Positions 36,961 to 51,110 of a stretch of DNA of 61,326 nucleotides are shown here, in pieces. The notes below the pieces were generated by a model. It did not search any database and had not been told where the DNA came from. It was given only the letters and a program-made list of their open reading frames with translations. Location of the stretch: assembly GCF_001194135.2 (NCBI RefSeq), contig NC_068989.1:62844700-62906025 (forward strand), read 5' to 3'. A program made the position numbers and the translations under genes. Positions within the stretch are counted from its first letter, which is position 1. Each line of letters starts with the position of its first letter. This DNA is from Octopus bimaculoides. Lineage: Eukaryota.

Positions 36961-39900
36961 AGAAACTACTAGAGTGTAATTTTTGCTATAAAAAATATTT
37001 CCTTTGTTTACATGACCTGAACTAATACTGCATTTCTATGATACACAGTTTTCTTTATTGTATTGTAATGTTTCGAAAATAAAATTTCGTAGAGGAATTT
37101 TCTTTATTAAATTGTTTACATGTCTGTTCCAAAGTTTCCCATGACTTTATTCATTAAAACTTATTAAAACTTCAAAAACTTTTTTGCAACTCTCTTTGTC
37201 GTCGATTTTGTGATAGAGGTATCACGGAGAAGTTGCCAGCTTCCAAATCCTGATTTCTTACTAGACTTATCCAATTTGCAACCCTTCTAACATTTTCTGC
37301 AACTCTCCTGGAAAACGTGAATAACAAAATGAGATTCATCGTGAAAATCTCCAAGTTTGAAAATATTCATTAAAAAATTGTGACTGGTAAATTCATTGAG
37401 TATTTCAGCATTATCTTTAATAATTTCAAAAGATTTATTCATAGATTAAATACATCACATTTTATTAATTAAGAAAATCAAATGAAATCAATTTTTAATA
37501 AAAATTTGCTCAAATTACATCTAAAAGTATAAATTATTTTTTAAGATATTGACATGTACTTTTAACCCTATCCATTTCTTGTGTATCACAAGTGATACAC
37601 CGAATATATTTCTATGCATCCTATAGGCATCATGTACTATGGACATCTCCATGTTCTTTTCAACCAGCAAAGTAACATGTGACTTATTGAAAAAAAGTTT
37701 AATGTTACTAAGAGCGTGTGAAATACTGACTAACTGGATGTCTGAAAACAAGCATGGAGCTTTAGGAAAAACTTGTGACAGACAAAGAGCTAGACAGATT
37801 TAGACATATCAAACATTAATGTAATGTTTCTTAAATTTATTTTTCATTTACTTCCTCGGGCACCAAAATGATCGTCACAGTTATACTTAGGTTTTAACTT
37901 ACTGAGCTATTTAAACATTTAGCTCTTTCAATATGATGATGATCATCTCTGTAACAATTGAATGTGCAGACATTCTAACTCACAAAGTACAGATTTCGTC
38001 GGCACAGTTTGGATAAGTGAAAGATATTGCGAAACAATACTAAGTTTAAGAATATTTTAAATTCCTAACCGGTACCCCTTTCTATGACCACATGTTAACA
38101 TCAAAGGCTTCCAGGACATGACATATAATGTGCAAATAATTATTGAAACAAAGCAATAACATCCAAGAATGTGCAGTAATAAAATCAATAAAGTCAGAAT
38201 TGTTAAGTGGGAAAAGATTTCGGAAATATTAAAATAGCTTAATGTCAGGCACTTAATGTAGGTGTGGTTCTTTTACATATATAATGCTTTAAAATTATCA
38301 TGCATTTGCTTTGTTTTAATCTGTAATTCATAGCTTGTGTAAATGGTTGGTTCATTTCTCCACTTTCCTTCCTTCACATCGTACTCAAAAGAGGACAATT
38401 GACATGGGGATACTAAACTAGAGATACAGAGTGTTAACATAAGGGGTGCATGATATATGCACATGCTAGTATATGTGGCGGGCAATGACAAAATTAATGG
38501 CACAGAAGAGCGGGAAGAGAAGGATGTAAATAACTGAGTAATGAATAATTTTCATTTGAAAATGAGTAATTAGTAACAGTCTCATAACCTTGTGTAATCA
38601 CTAAGAAATTTGATAAGATATAAGTTATAATTATAGTCCGTGCGCTATATTTCTTGCCTGACCGATGGTGACTAAAGTACGTATACCACCAAAGTTATAC
38701 TCTTTATACGACGTGTAATACTCTAGTGCATTCATATTTCTCATGTTTTGCATTCGGGAAATTTGTTTTGTGAAACTTGCTGTAAAGAAGATTCATGTAG
38801 GTTTAGCTTCTATTAAAATATATAACACTAATTCATGTATATGTTTTAAACACGGTCGTGAATTTGCTTGTTGTTGAGCTATAAAATTAATTAGTACTCA
38901 GTCAATACTGAGTCGCTACTCACTGAGTGAACCTATTGGAATCATGAAAAACACCCCTCTCAAATCACGGTTTAACATTTTAAGAAAGAATGGCGACAAT
39001 TATACTGAATAAGGCAATTCATTGGGTTTCTTATCGAAACGAAATATGATTTTCTCAGCAGGAATGTTGCTTTGATGAGAGCTTTGTTTTATAGAATGAA
39101 TTCCTGTTGCATTTTAATTTCCTACAATATTTATGTTACCTTCGTTTTCCGAAATTTAATCCTACATAAACAACAATATTTGTCTTTGGTGTAGTAATAA
39201 TGAACAATGATTCCAAAAAGTTTTTCGCTGAAGTTAAAATCTATATACGAAATTCTAGCATTAAATACGATTGTTGCGTTTATTTTACTACGAAATTTTC
39301 CTACTAATTTTTTCACATAATTTTCATGGAAAATTCGAAACTGTTATGTGACTGCTAGTTCTCTAATTAATACTGGAGTTGGGGAAGATCAAAGACATGG
39401 AAATACTTGCAATTCTGTTAAATATAGACGTGATTGATTGTAAAATATTTCTATCTAGCTAAAATCTTTCTTGTTAAGTATAGAATAAATGCGTTGGTGC
39501 TCTTGAAGTTCTTTAGTTTTTTTGTTTTTTTTAATAAAATATATTCATTTTGAATTGCGCAAAATCAAATATAATCGAAAATAATTATTAGTGGAAAAAA
39601 GATTTACAATCTCTGAAGCAACTAATGATACTCTCTTTGCAAATGCAATCATTACCAAATTCAATTATGATAACTAATTAATCTTATTATGAGACACATC
39701 TAACAGCAAAATAAAATATCTAAATTTAAGTCTAGTTTATATTAATAGGCTGGGGCAGTGAGAGATGCTATAGATTGTCTTTCTCTGTTATGTTTAAATG
39801 AGTTCAAATCAACCACAGTTCGATATTCCTCCAGATCCTCTAAAAATATATAAAATGCATATCGTCGCATTTGCAAATATAGAAATTCCCATATATCATA

Positions 39901-40674
39901 TTTTCAAACTATAGGTCATTGGCCAATGCAGCATTAAGACTTATTCAGTTTATTTATTCGATATGAGCGACGGAAGCAATATTAGTACCGAACAACAATC
40001 TTTACGTTCAACTTAATGTGAAGATATTGTAAGAACGCCGTAATATTGCAGTATTCCTTTTGAGAGAGCATCTTATATAATTGCTTATTGCTTACAAGCA
40101 CAGAAATATCAGTATAAGACGAGAGCCGTCAATGACTGGTTGTAGAACTAACATATCATATGGTTTGTTCTTCAGAAGCAGCGTGTATCCACTCTCACCG
40201 TATGCAGGGAAAACCTTACTTCTAGTCGAATGACTCTACCGGTGCTGGGTAATTTTCGTCTCTTTCTGATATTTCTGCGTTTTCAACCCTAAACTTCTAC
40301 ATGAGACGTTCTTTCGAGCCGTATAACACAGTTTTACTACGTTCCTTCAACACATACACCTTAAATAAAATGTAAATATCATTAATATTTATAGCCTTAT
40401 ACTGCTGTTATTTCAGTGTACCAATAATGACGTAAGTACCCATATTTCGTGCGTGAGCGTAGGATCAACTGCTATAATTAAGTGATATGCAATTATTGAA
40501 AATGAGACGATGAGATATTTGAAACGAGATTGCTAAGTGACAACACTAAATATCATTATGCATTTCATTCAAAACTCCATGGGTTGTATAAATCTAGCCC
40601 CAGTCATTTCCATGGTAGGGCTTAACATCTGGAAAGTGATGTCCAAATATAGATATTTATTTCAAATTTTTGCG

Positions 40675-40752
40675 CAAGGCCAGAATTTGAAATCAGAACC
40701 TAAAGTTCTGCTATGAATGTTGCCCGGCGTGCTAGCCATTCTGTTAGCTCAC
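40675..40752 (-). mobile_element. SINE head fragment
   Basis: The reverse complement reads CGGTGAGCTAACAGAATGGCTAGCACGCCGGGCAAC...TTCTGATTTCAAATTC. Confidence 0.7.
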
Positions 40753-41949
40753 CGTGTTATGTAGTAATATAAATATTACAAACAATAAAAATAATATATA
40801 AGTTGCGATATCCCCTTTCAAACGACACAATATTTTATTAAGATTGTGGTTGAGTAGCAACACAGTGAAGGATGACTTTTTTTTTAATGCCACAGTTTGA
40901 CGACCTCTTTTGTTTTTTGTTATATTTTGACATAAAACCCTGTTTAAGTTGTTTGTATTCCTACAATGGAACCTGCATTGATATATTGAATCGAAATAAT
41001 ACCACTCTTCATATAAAGCATGTGACCTTATTTCAGTGTGGGAAACTATAATTGAATACGTAAATAATTGAAATTAGAACCAATTTTTTGTTTTAGCAAT
41101 TATCAATATTTAGCATTTCTTTATGCAGAATTTTTGTAAACGTACTATAATCAAATTAAAACATTTTCAATATTTGTACAAAAATTATGTTAAAAAAATG
41201 TTTCAGTTTTTCATTGTATATTTTAAAACATTTGTTGGTGTACATGAAATATTAATGATACAGAAGAGAGTAGAAGTTGTAAGGAAATATAGTAAAGAGA
41301 ATAAATTCACATGAATAAGCAATCGCAAAAAATAAGAAAAGAAGTGAAAATATTTAACATTTTGTATTGGAATAGGAAATCAACAAAAGACCAAAAATTT
41401 ACCGAACAAACTTATATAAAAATGTTAACGGATATTTCAAAATCTTTATTTCTATCAATTTCCTTTTCGCCTCTTTTCTTCTCGGACTAACTTTGATACG
41501 GAAACTATTAAAGGCTGTGTATTCGTTCCAAAATAATAATATAGATGAGAAAAAATAAAAAGAATTTGAGCGTGAAGAGAGTAAATTTGCTTTGGCCCGT
41601 TTTCAAATATATTTTCTTCTTTACTTTTATATTTAATTTGAGTTTCCATATAAATTATATTTTCTGTTAACAAACAGATTTTAATATTTGGAAATGTATC
41701 GGGGAACTGTCATACGACCATAAATATAATTAGTATGATTGGTAGATAAAACCTCTGGAAGCGATGTAAAGTTTGTAAAATGATTCAAAATATGTTAAAA
41801 CAAACGGCAATATAAATATTTTATCCTAAATGCTAATTTTCGAATCACACTAAGACTTTCAATGTATTCATTAGGAAATGAAGTCGTGATAGTGAGTAAA
41901 CAAACATCTACAATATATCTGATCATTCATGTTTGCTATGAATTGAAAA

Positions 41950-42180
41950 ATAAAGAGTTAATAGATTTTAAAGTTTGCAAATTTAAGGTAATTTTAGCTA
42001 ACTGATACATATTTGGTAATTCTAGCCACAGACACATTGCTGCCAGTTTCCATAGGAACAATCTAAGCTGTAGTATGCTCCCGGAAAAGGATGCAATGAT
42101 TACATGTATTTCAGAAATGGTACGTGGTTGGGAGGCGTAATCTTCGTCACAACTGTTCCACTCGTTCGTAAATTTGGGGA
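41950..42180 (+). mobile_element. Second fragment related to the 5' part of the Merlin remnant
   Basis: TTTAAAGTTTG...GGTAATTTTAGCTAA...AGCCACAGAC...GCTGCC..TTTCCA...CTGTAGT is colinear with 36225-36400. Confidence 0.6.
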
Positions 42181-42928
42181 AAAATAAAAGTATTTCATGA
42201 ACTACAGTGAAATGTATGAAACAATCATTACCAAAATACTAAATAATTTAATATCTCTTAGTTTATAAATCTAGTGAAGAAGGATTAGTAACGCTATAAC
42301 GAAACATTGTTCTAAACATTATAAACAGATATGAGTGAAAATTTTGGGTCAGACTATAGAAATGGGTGGGTGATAAAATAGTACAGAATAATATGGAAAA
42401 GAATTACACATCCGCGCGCGCGCACATGCATACAGATCCATACAAACATTAGATATTACTGGATACATCGTATTTGTTATACACGGCTGATCGATCTGCT
42501 GCCAATGTTGGACAAATTTCCGGAAATCATTCGCTTAACATCTTAACTAGGGAAAGGTATTAACGGACAAAATTGATTGGATCATAGGCGTATTCAAACA
42601 TATTCAATGCGGTTCTAATCTCGGAGGATTTATGAAGAGTGATGGGTACTTAAATTGTCTACCAATTAAAGCTCTGCGTATGTATATACGTGTGCGCCTC
42701 TGTGTCTGTCTGTGCGTGTGCCTGAGTCTATCTCTTTCTGGGTGTGTATAGAGAGGTAGATATGAAGTAGATTGACAGACAGACAGACGGATAGATTACG
42801 TTTGCTATAAGAAACGTTAAAATGTAATAGTTTATTATTTATAAATGAATAACGTACATTCTATAGCATTCCATTCGTAATATAACAACGAGACAGTGTA
42901 TATTAAGTGTACATATTAATAACCATTA

Positions 42929-42983
<55 letters not shown>

Positions 42984-44218
42984 TAAATCTGCCACAGGTT
43001 GCGAACCGTTCTACCAGCATGTTCATTCCAATACATTAGTTTTATGAATTTATATAGATATAAAAGTAATACAGGATTCCATACAATCACAAACGTATTT
43101 TTATGCGTGTGTAGGCGTGTTTATTTGAGTATGTGTGATTGTATATATGGGAGTTTGGGGAATGGAGCTTCACTTGAGCAATATCTTTTCATAGACGGTT
43201 TTGATACTCTTTTACGTCAATACCAACAGAAGTTGGATTTTCGCAATTTGTCCACGAGTAATAAAAATTCTGTTGAAAACTCTATTTTCAAAGAATTTGA
43301 CTTGGATTTATTTATATGACTATATACTTTGGAATGGTTTAATCTTAATGTATCGACAATCATGAGGTAACGAGATCTTTTCTGATAAATAAATGCATTA
43401 CAGTCAACATCTAAGTTACCTTTGAACTTGTAAATCCCGTTTAACAGGCAGTCTTATAACAGTTTTTAAAACCTATCATGTATATCCAAATCAGAGATAC
43501 TTAATCCATATGCCATGATTCTAAAGTGTCATTAGATTTGTAACAGATTGTTTTAAAATGCCATGCAACCTTGGGGAATTACGCCTAATGTTGCTGACAG
43601 CTATATATCTATTGCCTTTCGTCTTGGTTTGCATTTTACAAAGATATACTATACAGTTTTCAACACGAAATTTCAAAAATAAAACACTTCAAAGGATGCA
43701 GGAAGGTACATAGGAAATAAATAAATATCACGTTATATCACCTTGAGAATACATTCAGCAATGTGAGAATTGCGAATTAAATTAAATAAAAGGTAATTGG
43801 AGACATCTTCTGAGGTTCTAGTATGTAGTAACTAGCCCAAGCGACAACAGAAACAACTTGTGAAGTCTAGAGGACTAGGAATCTTGACGTTCAGTAGGGA
43901 ATATATACAATGTAATTATAATTTAAAATGTCAATAGAGGTTTAGACGACTTTGAGATATAACTGACATCATCATAAAAACAAAGATTGTTGTTGGGAAC
44001 CTTCATAGATGTAGCAAAATATCGTAGGTTGCAGAAATAATAGTTCACTTCAATAAGGTTATACACATTCCTACTAGTCACATTGCATGTTCTAAATCTA
44101 ACAACAAATAGCTATCTGCGTACACACACAAAAACACACTGACACACAAACACACACACACTAGCACACATATGTATATGTGTATGTGTGTATGCATGTA
44201 TGTATGTATGTATCTATC

Positions 44219-44261
<43 letters not shown>

Positions 44262-44789
44262 NNNNNNNNNNNNNNNNNNNNNNNNNNNNNNNNNNNNNNN
44301 NNNNNNNNNNNNNNNNNNNNNNNNNNNNNNNNNNNNNNNNNNNNNNNNNNNNNNNNNNNNNNNNNNNNNNNNNNNNNNNNNNNNNNNNNNNNNNNNNNNN
44401 NNNNNNNNNNNNNNNNNNNNNNNNNNNNNNNNNNNNNNNNNNNNNNNNNNNNNNNNNNNNNNNNNNNNNNNNNNNNNNNNNNNNNNNNNNNNNNNNNNNN
44501 NNNNNNNNNNNNNNNNNNNNNNNNNNNNNNNNNNNNNNNNNNNNNNNNNNNNNNNNNNNNNNNNNNNNTTAAAAGAGTTCCAACACTGTCTGTTTTTTAT
44601 GTTTTATTTATATTCCTGCAGAACTAATGTGGGGTATAGAATATGGAATATACAATATACAATATAAAATAAAATAAAATAAAAATGGATGGCACCATGA
44701 AAGAAAGTATTGAATGTAGATGAAATATTGAGTGTTCAATATAAAGGATCAAATATATAAATATATAAATATAAATATATATATATAAA

Positions 44790-44829
44790 GGCGACTCGAG
44801 TTTCAGGGCTATTTCCCTTCGTCATGGCC
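44790..44829 (-). ncRNA. Minimal type I hammerhead ribozyme-like motif
   Basis: Minus strand GGC-CATGACGA-AGGG-aaatag-CCCT-GAAA-CTCGAG-TC-GCC. All three stems close and the triplet is GUC. There is one extra A in the CUGANGA box. Confidence 0.75.
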
Positions 44830-46294
44830 GGTATGACAGACTTTAACAGACTGTATATATATATATATATATATATGCACACACATACACACAAACATAT
44901 TAGGTCGTCAAGTATGAAATTTGTAGAAAACAAAAAAAGAATTACGAATGTTTTATAAATAAAAGGAATAGTTTTATTCATGGAAGTGTGCATCCATATT
45001 GTCAATACGATTTGAACATTCCAGCGGTAGCTTCTCCAGCCCGGAGCTGTAAATGCCTGGAAATCTAGAGTCAAAAAATTCTTGGTAGGCCTGTCTTACA
45101 GCATCGTCGGAAATAAATCATCATCATCATCATTATTATTATTATGGATGAAAACTACCATACCCAATCCAGATAAATATAATTAGAAACTCATTTCTAC
45201 TCTGAAAGTAAATCAAGAACAGCGTGCCTTCTTGAGCAACAACGAAATAGAGTATCAATGGATACTATTCTCATAGGTGTGTGTTAATCCCAGGCTAAAG
45301 AAGGCAGCTCCGTGCATTTTTATCATGTTGGTTAAATTAATGAAAGGAACATTTTAACAAATGCTACAATAATATTACGACCATGTTTTATCTAACAACG
45401 GAATTTTCTCTGAGTGTATGATTTTTCAGGAGACGTTTGCTGGCAGATAGTCAAAATCATCCTTAATCGTATCAATCCTAACGATTTTAGGATTCTCAGG
45501 ATATCATGGTGAAACAACGTTCACGTTATAGGAATATTCCGCATTAATCTACATATAAACTTATCCGAAACTCAACTCCGAACAGGATTCGAATTCGCAA
45601 TTTCAAGCGACGTAATCAGGTTACTACTGCTGCAGCTCTACCGAATCGATACACGTACCAACTTGTTACTGATAAGCATTTTCGGAAAATCTAAAATGAA
45701 CGCACGCACGTCTGTATGAGGTTATTCACCTGTACAATCTACTCATTAAAATACATTGGCTGCGTTTTCTGAAAGATTTTCATGCCAAAACATAATTGTT
45801 TTGAAGTTGGTATCTCGCGCTAACATTGGAACAGGCTATAATATGGTCAGAAATTAACGTAACCTAGATCGAGCCTAGCTACACAAAGAAACGACATTAT
45901 AACGAATGAATTCTTCTCTTTTGGGGTTAAGAAAATCCAAAATTTATACTGTATAAAAGCAATGCCTAAAACGGACGATTATATTAAATAAAATCTACGC
46001 AATTTCTTTCTACGTTTATTGAGAATTATCAAACCAAATATATTGACACAGTGCCAACAGCAAGAGTTCATTTACTAGCCGTAACTTTCAGAGATAAATG
46101 CATTTGGTCAGTGAAATAGCTCGGAAAATACACGCTATATAAATAAGAATTGTACAGCTCCATATTAAAATATGAATTTATCTGAAGGGACACTATTGGC
46201 TTTGTGAAATCTTGAAATCATATAAGTTAAATGCTGCGATTGCTATTTTGTAAGTCAAGCAACTTGTTAAATTAGCGCATTTGAAGAAGCCGGC

Positions 46295-46654
46295 AAGATA
46301 TTATCTGAACAAATCGACCTCAGGACTTATTCTTTGCAAGCCTAGTACTTATTCTATCGGCCTTTTTTGCCGAACCGGTAAGTTATGGGAACGTCAACAC
46401 ACCAGCATCGGTTGTCAAGTGATGTTGGGAGAAAAACACAGACACACAAACATACACACACGCACACACACATGCATATATATATATACTTATATACGAC
46501 GGGCTTCTTTCAGTTTCCGTCTACCAAATCTACTCACAAGGCTTTGGTCAGCCCGAGGCTATAGTAGAAGACACTTGGCCAAAGTGCCACGCAGTGGGCC
46601 TGAATCCGGAATCATTTGGTTCGTAAGCAAGCTACTTACCACACAACCAGTCCT
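46295..46654 (-). mobile_element. SINE family C with head, internal microsatellite and body
   Basis: Head reverse complement of CTTACCACAC...GCAAGCTACTT...GTGCCACGCAGTGGG...CACAAGGCTTTGGTC. Internal (CA)(TA) tract at 46440-46496. Body AAATCGACCTCAGGACTTATTC. Confidence 0.85.
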
Positions 46655-46657
46655 ACA

Positions 46658-46814
46658 AGTTTACTTATTTCAGTCATTTGACTGTGGCCATGCTGGAGCA
46701 CCGTCTTTATATCTTTAAATCAATATATTTTGTCGAACTGCTAAGAAACACATCAATATCGATTGTCAAGCAATGGTGGGGTGTGACAAACAGAGACAAA
46801 TATACACACACACA

Positions 46815-46856
<42 letters not shown>
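46658..46856 (-). mobile_element. SINE family C, deleted second copy (tail, partial body, microsatellite)
   Basis: TTTCAGTCATTTGACTGTGGCCATGCTGGAGCACC...GATTGTCAAGCAATGG followed by (CA)(TA)n. Confidence 0.7.
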
Positions 46857-46858
<2 letters not shown>

Positions 46859-46859
46859 T

Positions 46860-47400
46860 AAAAAGAAAATACAGAGTGGAGAAAGTTTAATAAATACTTA
46901 ACACTTGAATGGGAGGACACAAAACTTATGATTTCGAAATAAAGTCCTTTACCTGACGAAAGAGAAATGCTGAAGGATATGAAAATGAGGAAAAATTGGT
47001 GAAAGTAAGGAATAACGTTTTAATGACTTACCACTGGGTGGAGCCTTTACGTGGGGAATTCAGAAAGGATTCTCCATGTTACGTACATGCAAATATTTTA
47101 ATGTTTCAGAGATAGTGTTAAGACCAAGTGAGGTGTTTAGATTTCTGTTGGTCGGTATGTGGGTAGGTATGTCCATGTGCTGATATATAGGGGTTTAGAT
47201 TGATGTGGATGTGATGTTTAGAGATTTAGTATGTGTGAGTGTGAAGCAAATAAGAATGCAGTAGTAATGCGTAATGTGCACTAGATGTGTATTCAAATGG
47301 ATGAGTGTGTGTGGTATTACTATATGTAAGGAAGTATTGAGCAAAGGACGGAAAACTGGAACAAGGCGTAAGAGATCAGGTAGAGAAGTGAAGAGAGAGA
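46860..47400 (-). mobile_element. Possible decayed Penelope-like terminal region next to (TA)n
   Basis: Strand-biased, pyrimidine-rich minus strand similar in character to 23075-23430. No intact ribozyme core or ORF. Confidence 0.3.
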
Positions 47401-47505
47401 AATATCAATTGCAATACAAAATATCGGTAAAAGAAAAGAGAGGAAAAATAATTTATGCGAAGAAAAAGCTATTAAAAATTATGTATCATAGGTAAAAATT
47501 ATGGG

Positions 47506-48248
47506 GTGGTTGAAATGAAAGGGCATCAAATGACACATCATCTTGTGATTTGCTTTTGTTTGCTCTCACAGCATGAAAGCGAACCATTTTTGCATTGTAC
47601 TGTTACGTGTGACGATAAATGGATTCTTCTCAACAATAGCAAGCGTTCTGCACCGTTGTTGGTTAGAGACAAACTGACAAATCCCAGTCTAAGAAAGAAC
47701 ATTCACCAAAAAAATCTATTGGTGTCTGGTTCGTGGTCCAGCGCTGGTGTTAGCCACTACAGCTTCATGACGCCTGATAAGTCAATTACAGCGGATGCAT
47801 ACATCAACCAGTTGAATGAAATGATGATTGAACTTGCAATTAAACAGCCGAGATTGGTCAATAGAGACAGGCAAATTTTCTTGCAAGACAATGCTCAACC
47901 ACTTGTTGCACAAAGCACGCTTTTCAAGTTACAGGAACTGAACTTGGAAATACTCTGTCATCCACCATATTCCGCAGACGTTTCACCAACTAACTATCGC
48001 GTTTTCCAGACATTAGACAATTTTTGCAAAAAAAAAAAACTCCAAATTTCAAAAAGATCCAAAAACAGCCTTTCATGATTTCACCACCTCGTGTCCTCCA
48101 GAATAAATCAATAAGCTACTGATAAAATGGTAAAATTTTGTTGATAATTTAGGTGCGTACTTTAATGAACTGCATTGCTTTTTGTTGAGATAAAGTAAAA
48201 TAAACTTTCTGTTCTAAGTTGGACGTTTCATTCTCAATGACCGGATAT
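47506..48248 (+). pseudogene. mariner transposase pseudogene (catalytic DD34D region) with right TIR remnant
   Basis: TVTCDDKW (first D), FLQDNAQPLVA (second D) and HPPYSADVSPTNY (YSPDLAP.D, third D mutated to N). A TIR-like TTTCATTCTCAATGACCGGATA-TA lies near 48225-48248. Confidence 0.9.
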
Positions 48249-50079
48249 ACCTTCGACATGAATCCCTTTTATTCTAATGGGTACTTTGCGAAAAAATACA
48301 AGATAATGAATACGTTATTTAAAATAATCAAGATTCAAATATTTCTCTATTACATTTAATAATGTTACCTTTGATAACTTTATTTTTGAGATAAACATCT
48401 TGTAATTCATGTAACTGTAATTTGTCTCTCTTCCTTTTCGCAAATATCTTTAAGTAGTAAGTTTAACCACCTGGCAGATAGAAGAGTCCTACTGGCGCCG
48501 AAGCTTTAAATTCAATCGCTGCAGTAAAACTGCAAAGAAATTGCATGCACCTTATTAAATATATTCGACTATTTCAGAGTTACATTGTCTTATTTACAAT
48601 TACAGATATTTGAATTGTTGAATAAAAAGCTTTTATTGGGTAATTATATTCTAAATAGAATTACTTGAGGATGTGATTACAATTTATTGCACCATTCGGG
48701 CGAAATAGGCATTTGAAAACAAGACTTGACGTTAAATTATTTCACCGAATACAAACATTCATCCTTTCATTTCTATTTCTAATGTTTTTCATTCTATCGT
48801 CTGTAATCTATTGCCACTTACTTTTAGGAATTTGCAAATACATTTTTTTCTAAAATCCGGTAACGGAAACAGCAAATCAAAATATCTATTTACGTACCCA
48901 TGTCTTAAAATGTTTGTAAAACCGTTCAAATGCTAGGAAGGATACAATTGTGAATATCGAATGCACAAAAAAAAATGTCTGCTAAATTATCTGCGCCTCC
49001 ATAGTTAAGGTGAGAAAATCTCACCCTCAAATTCTGGAAAAGAGCCAGCCGTTTAGCCAAAACATTGTTGTAGTACAATGAATTGTAGTCAATTTAGCTT
49101 TGAGCAACTGCGCTATCACAGGCAAAAGCAGAGAGAGCACTGAAATTGGAGTTAATATCCATTTTCAAGATAGCTTTGCAAATAAGAATCAATCTGCCAG
49201 AGTGCAGCAACTCTGTATTCTACACTCTTCCTGCATAAGTGAGCTATGCTACATGCAGGAGTACACATATGATGGCAATACTTATTCTAGCCAATATGAA
49301 AGAGGTTACACATGCAATCCTACATGGGACGACATCACAACAGTAATAATGCTTCCAGAGACGGTTCAGCAACCCAACAAAAGTGTTCCCAGAGTATTTT
49401 TCTAGAAAGTTATTTTAATTACAAATCTCATCCCCAATGATTTTTTTTTAGATACTCAATTTAATGATGTGGGTGACTGTTGCTTGGCATGCACATTTCA
49501 TTCGGGCTTATAGTTCAGATTCATGGAACACATATAAAATATATGTTTAATGAACTGACGTGAAATCCTTTGAGGTCAATATTTTATTAAAATTAGTAAC
49601 ACATAACAGGCCCCAGCAGAAAATCAGAGAATTCAGGTATGTACAACGACTCTCAGTGTAGCAAAATAACAAATGATTCGAACATCACTTTCCATTCATA
49701 CATCTTGAAAGTTGTTAACACTGTTCAAACTCACTACTTACTCAGTCATGTCTGTGGACTAACTCAAAAAATTAGCAAACAAATGGAATGCCTTTCTTGA
49801 TAAATGTATTTGGCATTGTCATCTGGATATACACTTGGCATTCCAGCTAAACAAGCATTTCTTTTCTTTTTCATATTAATCTTTGAATAGTTTCAACATT
49901 GCTTATAAATGACTAACCGTTCAATCGTGAGCTTATTGCATTTTGGAGGTGAGAGTGATAAGAAAATGTTTGTAACTTTGTTCTTATAAGAACGCTTCAG
50001 AACGAAATGAACACTTTTCTCCCGTTCTAGTTTTGTGTCGTTATCCAGGAATGGTGTAAGTAAATATAGGATATATGTC

Positions 50080-50188
50080 ATATCTATTTGCCTATCTACA
50101 TTTACATGCACATTTATACACACACGCGCACAAACACACAGAGACACAGACACACACATATTTAAATATTTATATATATGTATGTATC

Positions 50189-50236
<48 letters not shown>

Positions 50237-50356
50237 NNNNNNNNNNNNNNNNNNNNNNNNNNNNNNNNNNNNNNNNNNNNNNNNNNNNNNNNNNNNNNNN
50301 NNNNNNNNNNNNNNNNNATATGTATGTATGTATATATATATATATATATGTGTGTG

Positions 50357-50399
<43 letters not shown>

Positions 50400-50460
50400 A
50401 TGTATGTATATATATATATATATGTGTATGTGTATGTATATGTATATCTTGTATATATGT
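50080..50460. repeat. (CA)n-(TA)n-gap-(TA/TG)n microsatellite block
   Basis: Direct reading. Confidence 0.9.
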
Positions 50461-51110
50461 ATAACTGTATTCTCATATTCATATCCACAAATACATGCAC
50501 AACTACACGTATATCAGATAACCATTTAGGAAGTACAAATCTTAAATATAAAACTAGTCTTAGTTGGTGGCAAATTACGAAGAAATTTCGAAATGGAAAA
50601 CTTGAACAAAGAAATAGAGTTGATATCAATTACCCTATGTTAAAGACGGTTTGATTTCTATATTTCTTTTGCACTGAGAACATAATAGACTTAACAACGA
50701 CTTTTTGGTGAAAATACCAGCATGGCCTGATGTATCCCCTTTTAACAGCCCTTTGAGAGTGTTCGAGCTATTCGAGGGGCTGTGAGAGGATTTCACACAT
50801 TTTTATGTAAACAATTTTTAACTTTTATTTTGCTCTTGCCGAAACAAAATATTCAGTGATATATATATTGCCCTGAAACTAAATTTGGTTATATATTAAC
50901 ACTAATTAGAAATATATTTAGTGAAAAAATGAGTAGCCTAATGAATAATTGAATACACCCACATAAGTATGCGCACTACAGAAAGATAGATGCGTATATA
51001 CTTATGTGTGTGTGTGTGCATACTCGAGCAACGCAAGCAATAGATTATTTATCTACATACATAAATACACGCACACACACATATAATTAGATTATGTATG
51101 TATGTATGTG

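Noticed and set aside
45010-45068. Minus-strand acceptor followed by FPGIYSSGLEKLPLECSNR...
   Set aside because: All three frames are short or unrecognisable, and there is no independent support.
45575-45650. tRNA-like B box (TTCGAATCC) on the minus strand
   Set aside because: No cloverleaf can be formed. Probably a decayed SINE head rather than a tRNA gene.
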